NCBI GenBank assembly: GCA_013239625.1
Contig: MU053758.1
Span: 744,001-808,000, forward strand
Direction: 5' to 3'
Length of the DNA: 64,000 nt
Source of the DNA: Lama guanicoe
Taxonomy: Eukaryota
Under the pieces are notes generated by a model. That model did no database searches. It saw only the letters and a program-made list of their open reading frames with translations, and was not told the origin of the DNA. Below, one piece after another: positions 51,335 through 64,000 of this stretch; position 1 is the stretch's first letter; the number at the start of each line of letters is the position of its first letter. The position numbers and the translations under genes were made by a program.

Positions 51335-51790
51335 GCAAAGTGAATAAAGAAAATGTTATCATAAAGCCACATTAACTGTAGATTAAAAGAGATTTGAAAG
51401 GAATTTCAACTAATATGTGGATCTTATTTGCATCCTGAGTCAAAAAACTATTAAAAAATTATTAGAAAATTAGAAATTTGAACACTGACTTGATATTTTA
51501 TGTTAATAATCTGTTAATTTTTTAGGTGTGACAATAGCATTATGTTTTTTTTTTAAAGAATCCTTATCTTAGAGAGATGTATGCTGTGGTATTTAAAGAT
51601 AAAGTAATAGATTTCTGACATATTATTCAAAATAATACGGACAAGGGAGAAATAAATGGGGTAGGGGTGTGGACGAAATGAGATGGATCATAAATTAACT
51701 CTTGTTGAAGCTATATATGGGAGTTTATTAGACTGTTTTATCTACTTTTTTACATGTTTAAAATTCTCCATAATGCAAAGATAGAAGAAA
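51335..51790 (+). mobile_element. L1ME-like 3' end
   Basis: gaaatttgaacactgact...aagaatccttatcttagagagat...tacttttttacatgtttaaaattctccataat. Confidence 0.65.
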
Positions 51791-51934
51791 AAATCTAGGT
51801 TGAGATAAATAAAAAATGTTATATTCTTTTATTTCTATTATAAAACCTAATACATTAATGCGTAAGATACTTTATGTATCTTGGACACAAAATACATAGA
51901 CTAGTGAGGTTTTTATTTCAAGTTTAATGTTTTG

Positions 51935-52140
51935 TGATGGAAAGAGCATGAGCTTTGAAATCAGACCTCGGTTTGAATCCCAGATCGTCCACTTACAAGC
52001 TTTGTGAACTATGGCAAGTAACTTCCTCATCTACAAAATCTTGCTAATAAAATCTACTTCACAGTTATGAGTTGTAATGAATTACAATGAGATGATGAAC
52101 TCAGAGGAGTGCTTGCCACTTGGTAGGCACTTACTAAAGT
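51935..52140 (+). mobile_element. MIR SINE
   Basis: ctttgaaatcagacctcggtttgaatcccag...cttcctcatctacaaaat. Confidence 0.75.
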
Positions 52141-53404
52141 TATAGCAGGTATTATTTTTATGTTTCAAAGTAGGGCTATGCAAGTAAATCCGTGTATGGA
52201 AATTAGATAATGTACACTTCATGTATCTTTACATAAAATTCTTCCATTCCAGCTGAACCCTGGTGTAGGGCCATGTAACTCACCATGTATATATTTGTGA
52301 AGTTTTCATTTAAAGGTTGTATGTGCAGAATTTTTATTGGTAGACACTTCAGAGGTTAGATTTATGAGCTTATTGCTCTGTAATGTCTGAGACATGTTGA
52401 ATCGAAGCATGGATGTCACTTAACTTCTCGTCTCTTACTATCACATACTCGCAGCATGTAGTTATGACAACTACAAGAAGCAAACCATTAAAGCAGCAAA
52501 GAAACACTGTCTTAGCACTAAAAAAATGGAGAGAAGGGTTTTGCTTTGGAGTTGAAGAGAAGTGTTTTTGAATTAATGGAGTGTACAGTGATTTTAGTAA
52601 GTTTTATTTATGAAAATACTCTTTGCATTCATGCCAAAAGGTTTTAGCACAGTCACAAGTAGGATTTATACAAAGAAACATAGCCAAAATTTATGACGTG
52701 TTTGCAAATGTAAGAAAAAGTCTGAATTTACAATATTTGTAATTTATTGTTAAGTATCTTTCTATCACTATTCCTGGAATGCTAATATTTTATAAACACA
52801 AGTGTTGGTTATGAACCTACAATATCCTAACTCATACTACTTTTTAAAAAGAAATCTTTCAGAATGTTTTCCATGTCTTTTGGGGATTTAATAGAGGGAA
52901 ATGTACACAGGACAAATACTCCTGCCTTTGGCTTTAGCCCAACCTTTTAGCATCAACAATCTTGACAGCTGCTTTTGTGGGTTGACTTCCTTTGGGCCTT
53001 TCCCCTTTCTTTATTTGCTACATTTTATACAAATTAATCTGTAGAAGGCAGATATACATAGACGTTGTTTTTGAAGTTAATTGCTGACTTTGATACCTTT
53101 TCAAATATTTTACTTCCTATACATCTACTGGCTGATTTTTTTTTAAAGAGTGGAATAATGCAATAGTGCATTTTTAAATTAATGCACTGTTTTGCAACTA
53201 CTGTCACAGAGGGTAAGATTTTTTTTCAATAAAAGGATTCACTTTTTTCTTTTTAACTTCAAAATTTTTCTAAGATTTTCATGTGTTTTGTAAATGTCCT
53301 ATCCTGGAGCACATGATCTTAAGACATAAGAAAAAGAACTGACTTTCATGCAGGTGAAAGAAATCATTTGAATTAGAAGCTGCAGCCTTCTGTATTCCCT
53401 ACAC

Positions 53405-54400
53405 AATATATTATACACAAAGATGTTCATTTATAGCATTGTTTGGAATAGCAAAGACTCCAGACAGCCTAAATGTTCAGCACTAGGGGACTAGTTAAAT
53501 TAAAGTATATTTCATGCATTTAATGGAGTACTACATAGAGGTTAAAAGAGTATATGTGTATCATGGAGAGCTCACCAAGGCATATTGGTAACTGAAGAGG
53601 GTAATTTGGACAGTGTATAATTTCTGTGTATGTGTTTGTATGTGTGTGCACAAACATGCATGCACGTGTACTTGCTTTTATTTGTGTATAGAATATTTTT
53701 GGAAGGATATACATGAACCTATTAACAGTGGTAGCCTTGTTGAAGAGGGGTGCTGGTGTGAGTACAAGACAGAATCATCATTATTTATATCTTTTGCTAC
53801 TGTTTGAATTTTCACCATGCGTATAATTTTTTAGCTAAAAATTAGTTAAAATAAAAATGAGATAAATCTATTTGTGCTGACATGGAGCAACCTCCATGAT
53901 AAATGACTAGGAGGAAAAGCAGGATACAGAACAAGACAAATGCTACCATTTGTTAAAAAAAAAGAAAGAGAGAGAGAGAGAGACATACTACCCTCACAGA
54001 TACTTGTTATATTTAGATAGAAAATTCATAGAACACCCAAGAAACATCACAATGGTTGATCTGAGAGAAGAACCAAGAGAAGGGAGGGAAGATGAGCTCT
54101 CATTACATGCCTTCTTGTAAGTTTGAAATTTTTGCTCTGGGCATACTTAACTTTTTTATTTAATAAAGCTTACTGTAATTAATAATACTATATTGTGTAT
54201 TTGAAAGTTACTAAGAGACTATATCTTAAAAGTTCTCATCCTAAGAAGAAAATTTGTAACTATGTGAGGTGATGCATGTTGACTTAACTTAGTGTAGTAA
54301 TCATTTCTTGATATATACATGTATCAAATCATTGTTGTACCCCTAAAACTAATATACAATGTTATATGTCAATTATAGATCAATAGAACTGGGGAGAAAA
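53405..54400 (+). mobile_element. L1ME remnants followed by an L1MA-like 3' end (~54173-54400)
   Basis: aagatgttcatttatagcattgttt; cttaaaagttctcatc...gtaactatgtgaggtgatg...atgttatatgtcaattata. Confidence 0.65.
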
Positions 54401-56707
54401 AGAAACGTACAAAAAACCTGATTTAACATAGTAGCTCTTTTTCAGTAGAAGCATGACTTGGTGGTTTATATCTACTCACTTTTTTCCTTCTTATTTATTT
54501 GTTTATTTTTACATATGAATTTATAGAGAAGACCCTGCTGACAGTATAAAATAGCAGAATTCTGTGTTGTTTAGTGTTTGAGAACCAGTAGTACATAGGT
54601 GTGTTGAGTTGGCATTACTTAAAAGTGAATTTTAAAATAAATAATAAAATAGTATCATATAATACTCATGATAACTGGTAAAGAATACATTTTTAACCCT
54701 GCCCCAGTCTTTCTTTTTTCCATGTGTGGTAATTAAGAGTTTATAGAACTTCTGATTCTTTGTCATTATGTAGATGGCAAAGAAAATAAAGTAATTGATA
54801 AGTGAATGACTGATTTAAGTTTATTTTATTTAGCCTGGAAACTTTTGTTGAGAAAAAAAAACACTTATAAATTATTTCTCTTAGATAGAATTATCCTTGG
54901 ACCAACACAGAAAACCAGGTAAGTAGTTACTGAACATAGAATCTTAGCATAAGAATTAATCTACCTCAGGAATTCTGACTCTGATGAATTTTCATGTTCT
55001 AGACACGAAGTATTGAGGGAAATATGTGGTTAATTTGAATATAAAATTTCTTGGGTTTCTGCTTGAAACTCTTTGTGAGTAAGCCCTTAGACTTAAAGCC
55101 TGGTGAATTTGTTTGATATTTGGAGGCTGAATAATGTGATGGTTGAGCTGATTCTATTATAAAGCATTCGTTTTTCACTCTGCTTCCCATCAACACATAC
55201 TTCTTTCACAAACTTGTTTAGTAGTTATCATTTCCCGGGATGGCTGAAGTATCACTAACACAGGAAAAGAAGTGCTAAGTCACGGACAAGGGGATTTATA
55301 TGGTGTGTAAAATAAAGTTTCCAGTTACAGCTAACTCTTGTGAGGCAAAGAGTAGAAGAACCAATCTTTGAACCTACCTGTCCCTGTCAGCTGACATGTG
55401 CTTAACGCACTTGTACCAGCCCGAGAAAGTTCTTGATCACAGTTCATCCCCTAAAAGGTATTTTCCTAAACTCGAAAGACGATACCACTTTCCTTAAGAT
55501 TTGTGCACTTTCCTTGCATTAGTGGTACCCCAATAAAAAGGAAAAATAAGTTTTAAATATAAGGAGATAATTTTCCATGTGAAACTCCTTTTCCAAAAGG
55601 GACCAAACATTGAACAGAATTGTGGATGGTAAGAGATTTTGGTTGTTGACATTATTACACACATGTTATTTTCACACATGAAAGGAGTTCTTGTTTGGGG
55701 TGGAGTGGGGCACAGGGAGGCCAAATCTCGTCATCCTTGGCCTTTACAGCTGTAGTGGTACTGGAGGTCTATATGACTCACAAAGAAACTCACCTTCTCT
55801 TCAGTATGTTAAAAGCTGTTTTACATTTTCAGGCCTGCTGATCTCACCCACAATCCATTCTTTATTATGTGTTGTTTTTATTTTTACTCCTTGATCTTTT
55901 GTAAAACTTTTCTTTCATCTACCTGTAGCCTGTAGCTCATGTAGTCCCATTCTTCTTTAGCAGAAGATACTGGAATTACAACTGGCTTTATAGTTCCTCT
56001 CAAGAAGAAGTAGTGTTGTAAACTGATTGGGGTATGATAGATCCTAGAAGGTGTCAGGGCAGGAAGGTCTACTATAATTTGTTATTTCAGAGAAAGGAAA
56101 GGATAAGAGGGGAAGAGAGAGCAAGATAAACCAATAGTAATAAAATTGCTACATTTATGGCTAACTACGTATTTTTGAAGAATTTTCCTACTGTGAGATT
56201 GAAAGCATGATGGTGCCAGAAAGGAAATGCATTCTTTAACTAAGCCAGGTCAAAGGTGTATTTGCGTGTGGAACACGTTGGCTCATTTTCTATGAAGCAG
56301 TGTCAAAATATCCAGGGTCCAATAAAACCAACAAGAAAGTGATGGGAAAAATTCAGTATGTTGCTCTAACTAAACCCAAAGTGTTGTGTTAAATTTGGTA
56401 AGCATGAAATTTATGCTAAAAAGTGGGTTTTTTTTTAAAATCACTGCAACAATACTAACTACTACAGTAAATTTGAACCTGTGAATTGGATCAACATTTG
56501 GCCTCATCTGTTAGTTCCATGCCTAATGTGACTACTAGTAGTACTAATATTTATAATAATTTATACTTTTGATTATAGGTTTACTTTACTGAAGTAAAAA
56601 AAAAAAGTACTAATTAATAGCACATGCCATAAATCCAAGGCATTGGCTGTCATTCAGTATCCTGTACCTTGAGTAATGACTGTAATTTATAAAGCGTGCA
56701 GATTTGG

Positions 56708-56950
56708 AGACTGTGCAGCCCAGTGGGTCAGAACAAGAGCTTAGTAATCAGACAAGCCGGGGTCAAAGCCTGGCCCTGCCAGGTATGAGTCACTTGTATG
56801 ACTTTGGGTAGGTTATGTAATCTCTGTGTCTCAATTTCTTCATCTGCAGCTTTGGGTTAATAATATATCATAAGATTATGCTGAGGATTAAATGGGATGG
56901 TGCATGAAGGGTCTTGATCCAGGGCCTGTAACCAGTAAAAGTTCAGTAAG
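56708..56950 (+). mobile_element. MIR SINE
   Basis: gtatgactttgggtaggttatgtaatctctgtgtctcaatttcttcatctg. Confidence 0.75.
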
Positions 56951-59900
56951 CTATTATATTTTTTGTTATTACTATAGCTGACTCTCTCCTGTAAGTCAGA
57001 ACATGTTGAAAATTCAGTTGAATGGCTTCATAATAAGATTTAAACACTGAGAATACAGTCAGTGGAAAACAGAACTATTAGCCAATAATTCCAGGTTATG
57101 ATTGCCTAGTTGCCATATGATAAATGCATTCATTTTACAGTATATTTATCCACATACTATGAAATACCTGGATTTACATGTTTTGAATTATGTCAAAATC
57201 TCATTACTATTGAAAATATTCTAACTCAGCAGGTTCCATTTTAGTACCAGTTGAACAACAGCAGTAGTAGATGGAATGTGTTAGTGTAGAGCCAAAATGA
57301 TTGCTGACAAGCTGTAATTTGCTTTATGAAGTGTGCGTTGTCACATATACAGTTATCTGGTTTATATTTGTTGCTGTCAGCCCTCCAGTTTGTTAATGTC
57401 CAGAAGTTATGCCTTTATGTGACACCTAAGAAGGGTTAAAAATCTCAGCATTTTCGAGGGGGGAGGGGAAGGAGCAGAAGTGTTCACAGGGTGGCTACCT
57501 TTTTTTTTTTTCTTTTTGAAGAACTGGGATGATGCTACACACTGCAGCCCACCCTACTGGTCAAAATGGAAAACTACATCAGACAGGACCCTTTTTTTTT
57601 TTTAAAGGAAGGAGGGAAAAAAGAACTTTTCTATTGGCTCCCCTGGGCATTTTCCTGTCCAGCCCCCCACTGTCAGATGTAGTTCATTTTGTAAATATTA
57701 TTAAGCTATGCTGTCCTTTTGGCTGTTGGATTCATAGGCGTAGTGACTGCTATAACCGTCTTATCAATTCGGTTGCATTTCTTACCATTTAGACTGCTAC
57801 TCTCTGCAAATGAGGTCCCTAAAGTTTCTTAAGATGTCTGTTACTGTTAGCATGATTATACAATTAGTAAACAGTATCCAAAGCTAAAAAACTTAGTCTT
57901 AGGCTCAATTTATTTCTTATACATTCAAGATTCAGTTGGAGCAACTTTTTAAAAGAATGATAAATGGAAACTTTCTTTACCTGGCCCATCATTTGTTCTG
58001 TAGACTTAATGGCATTCAGTACTGTTATAGTCACTGCCAGGGCCTTGGGGGGAAAAGAATATTTATACATTGAGTTATGACTAGATGTAGGAGAGGGGGG
58101 AAAAAAGATGGGCAGAGAGTCAGACTGTATAGAACAGAGAAGAATTTGAGACCTTCACTACACATGGATTAATCACAAGAACTAACCATGCAAATCCAGA
58201 TGGATATTTAGAAATCGGTGAAGCCTCTAAGATGTTCTGTGGGAAACACCATACATTTTCTAGTGCATGAGTATGTGCAAAATGGTATCTTAATTTATGA
58301 CGGAAGTGCTGACAGAACTTTAGCTTTGGTGTTACAGATGTGCTCCGTAATATGTTTACATGTGAATAGCATTTCACATATATGGGCACATATGTACCCA
58401 ACATATTTCTTTAGTTGGTGTTATATTCAATAACTTAAGTGAGTGGTTATAATAAGGAATAATAAGCTGCAGTTTTGCTAATCTTACCTTAGCAGGATCA
58501 GACATAAATGATCACAAACTATAGTGAGCAGCATTCCTAGTAAATTGGTCCATGAAAATCTGGCAATCTTAATGCTCTCAAGCATGAAAACTAACTGGAT
58601 TTGGATCAGGGACCTTTATTTGTAGCATTTTATTTAGGATTTATTAGTTTAAAGAAGGAGCTGTGTGTCTCATGTGTTCTTAAATATTAAATAGAGTCAG
58701 AAGTCATGTATTCCCTTCCAATGGCAATAATAAAAATGAAAACCAAAAAAAGGAGGCAATTTTACATTGATTTCAATTTCCTTACATTATCCAAAGATAC
58801 TTGGTGAATAGCAAAACCCTAGAAAATTTTGAAGCACTCTGTACAAATAGTTGGTTGCAGGTATGAATAAATTCTTTATAATATAGCTCATAATTAATTA
58901 GAAGAAAAGTAAAAGATGATGACTTTATACTAATGTAAAAAAAACTGAGCCTTTACATACTGAATAAGCAAACATATATTTATGGTTTATCTATTTGTTA
59001 TTCTCATTTTTCATGCTTAAACTACTTTCTGTCTTTTTTCTTTCCTTCTTTCTTATTTCTCTGGTAAAATTATCACTATGGCCTGTTTTGGCCCCTAAAT
59101 GGTACCTGCAAGTTCAGCATCAGATGGGTTTGCTGTGAGTCAAGATAGTTACAAGGGGAACATCATCATGGTTCATTTTTTTCCCTTGCTTTATTTGGAA
59201 TTGAATTAGGAAATGAAAGTTTTTAGCAGTTTAATTCACTTCTCCATAAAGTTTATGGAGCAGCAACAGCTGGTTGAATCCATGGCAGAAAAGCCAACTT
59301 CTAGTGGCCAAGCTATTGTTTCAGAATTAAGGCAGAAAACTCATTAGCTGTTAATGAAAACACAGGGAATAAAAACAAATAGCACCAGAAACCCTAGCAA
59401 ATAATTACCTTACACCTGACACAAAGCTGCTTTATCTTTCTGCTCCAACCCTCAGAAATTCCCAACTTATCACTCTACGGAGCATGAATGAAATTGAGTT
59501 TGACTCTAAGGAAAGAACAACAGAGAAATCATCCTCCTTATAGGCCCCTCAGCACAGTACTCTGTGGAGAACCTGCCATTGAATATACTAAGGAGTGTAT
59601 CTGGCGCCCAATTCTTATGACACTTAGGACAGAGGAGCAAATTACCAGCTAATAGCAGGTGAACGCTTGATATAGTTCCCCCAGATCTTGTTTAGAAATG
59701 CAAAGGGAAGGGACTGGAGGTAGTGGATGTGATTAATGGAGATATTGTGTGTTAGAATATATATCTGTATAGAAATATATTGATTCTGAGTGAGTTGCAA
59801 TGGGAAAGTGTGTCTCTAGTGGCAAGGGGTCTTGCTTGCAAGAAAGCCACTCTAAGCAGATGGAGTTCTAAGCCCTAATTGTAGAGCTGCTGAGTGGAAA

Positions 59901-60534
59901 TGTCTGTCACTATAGTTTGTGATCATTTATGTCTGATCCCACTGGACTACAGTTGTGGCCACTTGGAACTATGATTGTAAGAGCTATGGATGAATCCAGA
60001 GATGACTTGCAATTATGTTTTAAGGAAAAATGATGTTCTAAACTTCAACAAACCCAAAATGATCACAGTAATTGCTGATTCATCTATAAAATTTTTCTCC
60101 CATGCATCTTGAGCAGTTGTAATCATTTTAATTACAAGGGAGTGTCTATTCATATAATGTCATAGGCTTTTTTCTGTGTGTGCCCAAGGGAGGTGGGCCA
60201 CTTGATATGACACTAAAAACACTTATAGCAACATTTCCATCATCAGGAACTAATTACACCAAGATGTAAAACATATTTTTAAATGTTTTCCTTGCAGCCT
60301 TTTTTAGTACTGACCTGGGCTCTGTTTTTGCTGCATTGAGTAATATACCTTGGTTGTTGTGTACTTTACGGAGGTATGGTCTTGTATTTGGCACAGGAGT
60401 GGCTGTTAAAAGCCCACCTTGGGTAACTATATTCAGAAACTATAGAAATCACTGGAAGTGACTTTTCCATCTGAAGTTAGTAAATCAGATGCAAAATCCA
60501 GACAGATATTTTGGGTAAGACTTTAAAAACAGAA

Positions 60535-60810
60535 GCTCTGAATGCAACTGTATTGGATCCTGGAACAGAAAAACATTGGTGAAAAGAACCGGTAACATCC
60601 AATTAAGTCTGTAGTTTAGTTAATAGCAATATACCAATGTGAATTTCTTGGTTTTGACAGATATACGCTAGTTATGTAACAAGTTGCCATTGGGGGAAAC
60701 TGGTTGAATAGTATATAGGAACTCTGTGTACATTATTTGCAATACTTATAATACATTTTAAACTATTCCAAAATAAAAAGTTCATTAAAAGAAAAAACAG
60801 AACAAAACAA
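60535..60810 (+). mobile_element. L1MC-like 3' end
   Basis: ttggatcctggaacagaaaa...ggaactctgtgtacattatttgcaa...attccaaaataaaaag. Confidence 0.75.
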
Positions 60811-62578
60811 AGCCTCTCCTGATCTGCTTTTTTTTTTTTAAATCCTGGAATGCTACATCTAAGAGTAAATTTGTCAAATTTCTGAAGCAAGCAAAAAACT
60901 TTGAGTCTAGAGTGATAGTTGCTAAGTAATGTTTAGTATATGCTACAAATGTTAAATTTTACTTGGCAACCCAAAGTACAGTTTTTTTTTAAATGAATTT
61001 TGCTTTGGTTCAAAGATTTTTAATTCCTTTAACCTCACTGCCAGGCAGTCCATTTAGGTTTTCTTGATAATGTAATTTCAGTGGATTTGCAATGATGTAG
61101 ATTTGAGTATTTTAACTCCCAGTTCAGTATTTAAGGATTTTTCTGCTTATAGTAGAAATTTCACAGTACTACTTTAAGCATAACTGTAAGCTTTGTATCC
61201 TGATTAAGTTACCTAGGAAAGGAGAGCATTTTTTCTGGCTCCAGCCAGTGACTGTTGTGTGAGGTTGTTTATTTGTTTGTTTTAATTTTACTTTTCTTCT
61301 CCACAATAAACTCCTTAGTTTATTTTTAAAGTCCTATATCTGCAGATGTTCAACTCTCTTATGGACGTCTACCTACCATTGAGCATCCATAGAAGAGTCT
61401 AGATATAATCATCTAATTTATGGAAAGAGAAGGCTACAGTGATTCACTTTTAATCATTTTATATCCTCCCTATCCTTCTAGTTTAATTGTAGGAAATAAA
61501 CTTTTAAAGTGAGGCAATACAGATTCTATGTAGGTTGTTTGGTTTCACTGCTCCCTAGTTGAAATCCAGGGCCAAAACTCTACAGTTGTTTACTGAGATT
61601 AGCATTGGCGATTTCCTTTGGAAATTAGTATTTGAGATAATATTAAATTCAGTTGAAAATCCCCTTTTCATGTTTGTGAAATGAACTGAGCAGCTGTTGG
61701 TGTCCTTTTATCAGCAGCCTGTACCTCTGTTTGGGGGATTTTAAGGAAAGCCATTTGCAGTGCAGAGCCTTTTCTTCTGGTTTCTGAATGAGCTAACATC
61801 TTCCATCTAAACCTTTTAAAGTATCATAATAGTATGGGCCACTTATACAAAATATAATCCAATGTATGTTGAAAACACCCAAAAGGGATTAGCATTGTTT
61901 TAATTGCATAATTCAGTATTGTATATACATTACCTTTCATCAAAGCCATTTTACAGAACAAATATTACCTTCTTAAGGCTTTTAGAATTCCTAAGAGGTT
62001 GGTTGCATAGGCTGTAAACTAGAATTATAAAGAGGGAACTTCCTTAAGATTGCAGAACAAGTAGTGATTTAAACTGGAATAGTCCAGGTTCTCTCTAATT
62101 TTACTTCCCTTATTTTTCAGAGAAGGAAAGAATATTGACTTTGCTGTATTATATTATGTATAAAAGTTTAACCTTTTATGTAATTTATTCTCTTTCATTT
62201 GGAAATAGAGGCATTCAGGGTAAAAGTTGTAATTAATGGAGACACAGTATATATAAGTTTTATATATTTATTTAGCTATGTTTTCATTTTAAGTGTGATG
62301 GAGAAATTTCCCTCTGGTAGCAAGAGGTCTCCTCACTCTAAGCTAACCAACAGATTCTAAGTTCTAATTAGTTGAATGGAAAATTTCCCATCAAGATAGG
62401 TTGGTTCTTGAGTATATTTATATGTTTCTCTTATGTTAATGGATAGTGGCCATATCCATCAAGTAAAAGACATATCTTTTTGGTATATCTGGTATATTTG
62501 AATAACAGAAGGAATCTACAAAGACCTTTATAAAGGTATCAAAAATATGACCTTCTTTTCTTTCCTTTGGGCCCTCAG

Positions 62579-62695
62579 GAGGAGACCACGCTGAAAATTA
62601 CTTTGGACAGGACAGCTCTGATGATAATCACAGTGGACCTCATGGCCCGTCTCTCACATCAGATGCACCTTTTTTGTCAGATTATCAGGATGATG
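62579..62695 (+). CDS. SKAP1: SKAP1 coding exon 4
   Basis: cttcttttctttcctttgggccctcag acceptor and G/GTGAGT donor. Encodes (G)[38 protein letters not shown](G) vs human [35 protein letters not shown]. 117 nt, phase 1 to 1. Confidence 0.96.
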
Positions 62696-64000
62696 GTGAG
62701 TGTCATCTTCCTGGCTTTAGGGTGACCATACTTTGTACTTTTGTCCTGGTGTCTTTGCCTTTGGTCATATTGAATCAAGCAGCCTTCACAGGGTTCTCTG
62801 TATTGGTAATCATTAGTTTGCAAAGAGCAACTATTTGTTTCATTGTGGTGCTGATCCTTCTAGGTAATTCAGTACTTCTAAAGTTAATGTATTTACGGAA
62901 ACACTAATTCCATATTGGAGCAGGAAGACATCATTATTGACCTTTTTGTAAGAACTGTAGCTGAAAAGCTAAGAGGGCATTTTAAGATTGCAGGGCCCAG
63001 CTTACCAGTCTTTCAGATTTCTTAGCTTCACTGAGTTTCGTGAGAATTAGAGCTTTCATTTAATGATTATTGAATTATTGCTTTATTGTGGATTATTTGA
63101 GACCCTTGAGCTTATCATATTATAATAAGATATCATTTTTACCCATGCTTTCACATGCTCTTAACCATATTGGTGTTGTTCAAGGGGAAGGGGAAGCCAC
63201 AAGAACCACAATGCAAATCTTCCTGGAGCATCTATTTTATTTGAGTTTGAGAATGAGAGGAGTTAAATAATTCAACTGTTATGAACATTATTTTTATATT
63301 AAAAACACATTGATATGTAATGCAAAATATATATGAATTTTTAAGATACAAAGATACATGAATATAAAAATATTGGCCTTGTGGCTGCCAGTTTCTGGCT
63401 CAGGCTCAGACATCCCGGGAGTGGGGTTTCACTGTGTCTTTTCTGGCATCTGGCCACTTGAACAGAAGGTTTGATCATCACTGATGCACATGGTTATCTT
63501 ATCAAAGTCTCTCTTGTGCCTCTACAGTGGGGGAAAAAGGTAGAGATGCTACTAAACTGAATATTAAATTGGAAGCATATTATTCACTTAGGGATTGGGA
63601 GTAAAGTTGGTAAATTACTCTTTATTTTTCATTATTAGTCTGTGATCTTTCTATTTATTTTTCTTCCAAATTTCCCTCCAACTTTGGCATTTTCCAAGCA
63701 TTTGTAATCCCTATATCCTCTTCTGTTTTTAATTTATCCATTAATTCTTACTTCATTTAGCCCTTTTGGTGATTCATATTTTCTCCCTTTCATTGAATAC
63801 ATAACCACCGAATGAGAGCTGTAGATTCAGTCACACAGAAACGGTTATTTTTGCTTGAGCTTTGTATACTACCACGATTAATAACACCCAAGGTTTAGAA
63901 TTGAGCCTCGTAGTGAGATCTGTTTATTGGTTCAGGTATTACACCAAAAACATTGTTTGGATTGAAAGTTTAATAATTACCTTGGTAGCTGATTAATAAT

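Noticed and set aside
62576..62584. CAG-GAG-GAG tandem acceptors at exon 4
   Set aside because: GAG acceptors are rarely used, and they could not explain the internal 15-nt difference.
1..64000. Prokaryotic-type systems (CRISPR, operons, defence islands) and the remaining short ORFs
   Set aside because: The sequence is mammalian intronic DNA. There are no repeat-spacer arrays, and the 60-130 aa ORFs are what chance and repeats would produce.

Overview
AT-rich mammalian (eutherian) genomic DNA lying entirely inside the SKAP1 gene (Src kinase-associated phosphoprotein 1 / SKAP55), transcribed on the + strand. Three internal coding exons are recognisable with canonical AG/GT boundaries and consistent phases: exon 2 (20264-20369, 106 nt), micro-exon 3 (47137-47162, 26 nt) and exon 4 (62579-62695, 117 nt). 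Together they encode [84 protein letters not shown]. The rest is intron, with nested L1s of several ages, L2, MIR, hAT-Charlie MITEs, one ERV1-type solo LTR, a MaLR LTR and one short tRNA-derived SINE. The SINE and young L1 3' ends suggest a camelid (inference). Almost all ORF-track entries are chance or L1-derived. The main finds are: (1) a TSD-flanked retroposed H/ACA snoRNA of the SNORA31/ACA31 family inside an L1 fragment in intron 3, sense to SKAP1, with intact boxes and an intact 28S guide pocket; (2) a 5-residue, Tyr-containing extra segment in exon 4 relative to human/mouse as I recall them; (3) an apparent L1 3' transduction; (4) a 76-bp orphan retroposed poly(A) fragment; (5) recursive-splice-like motifs. 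Family assignments come from remembered consensus sequences, not searches, and repeat boundaries without TSDs are approximate.
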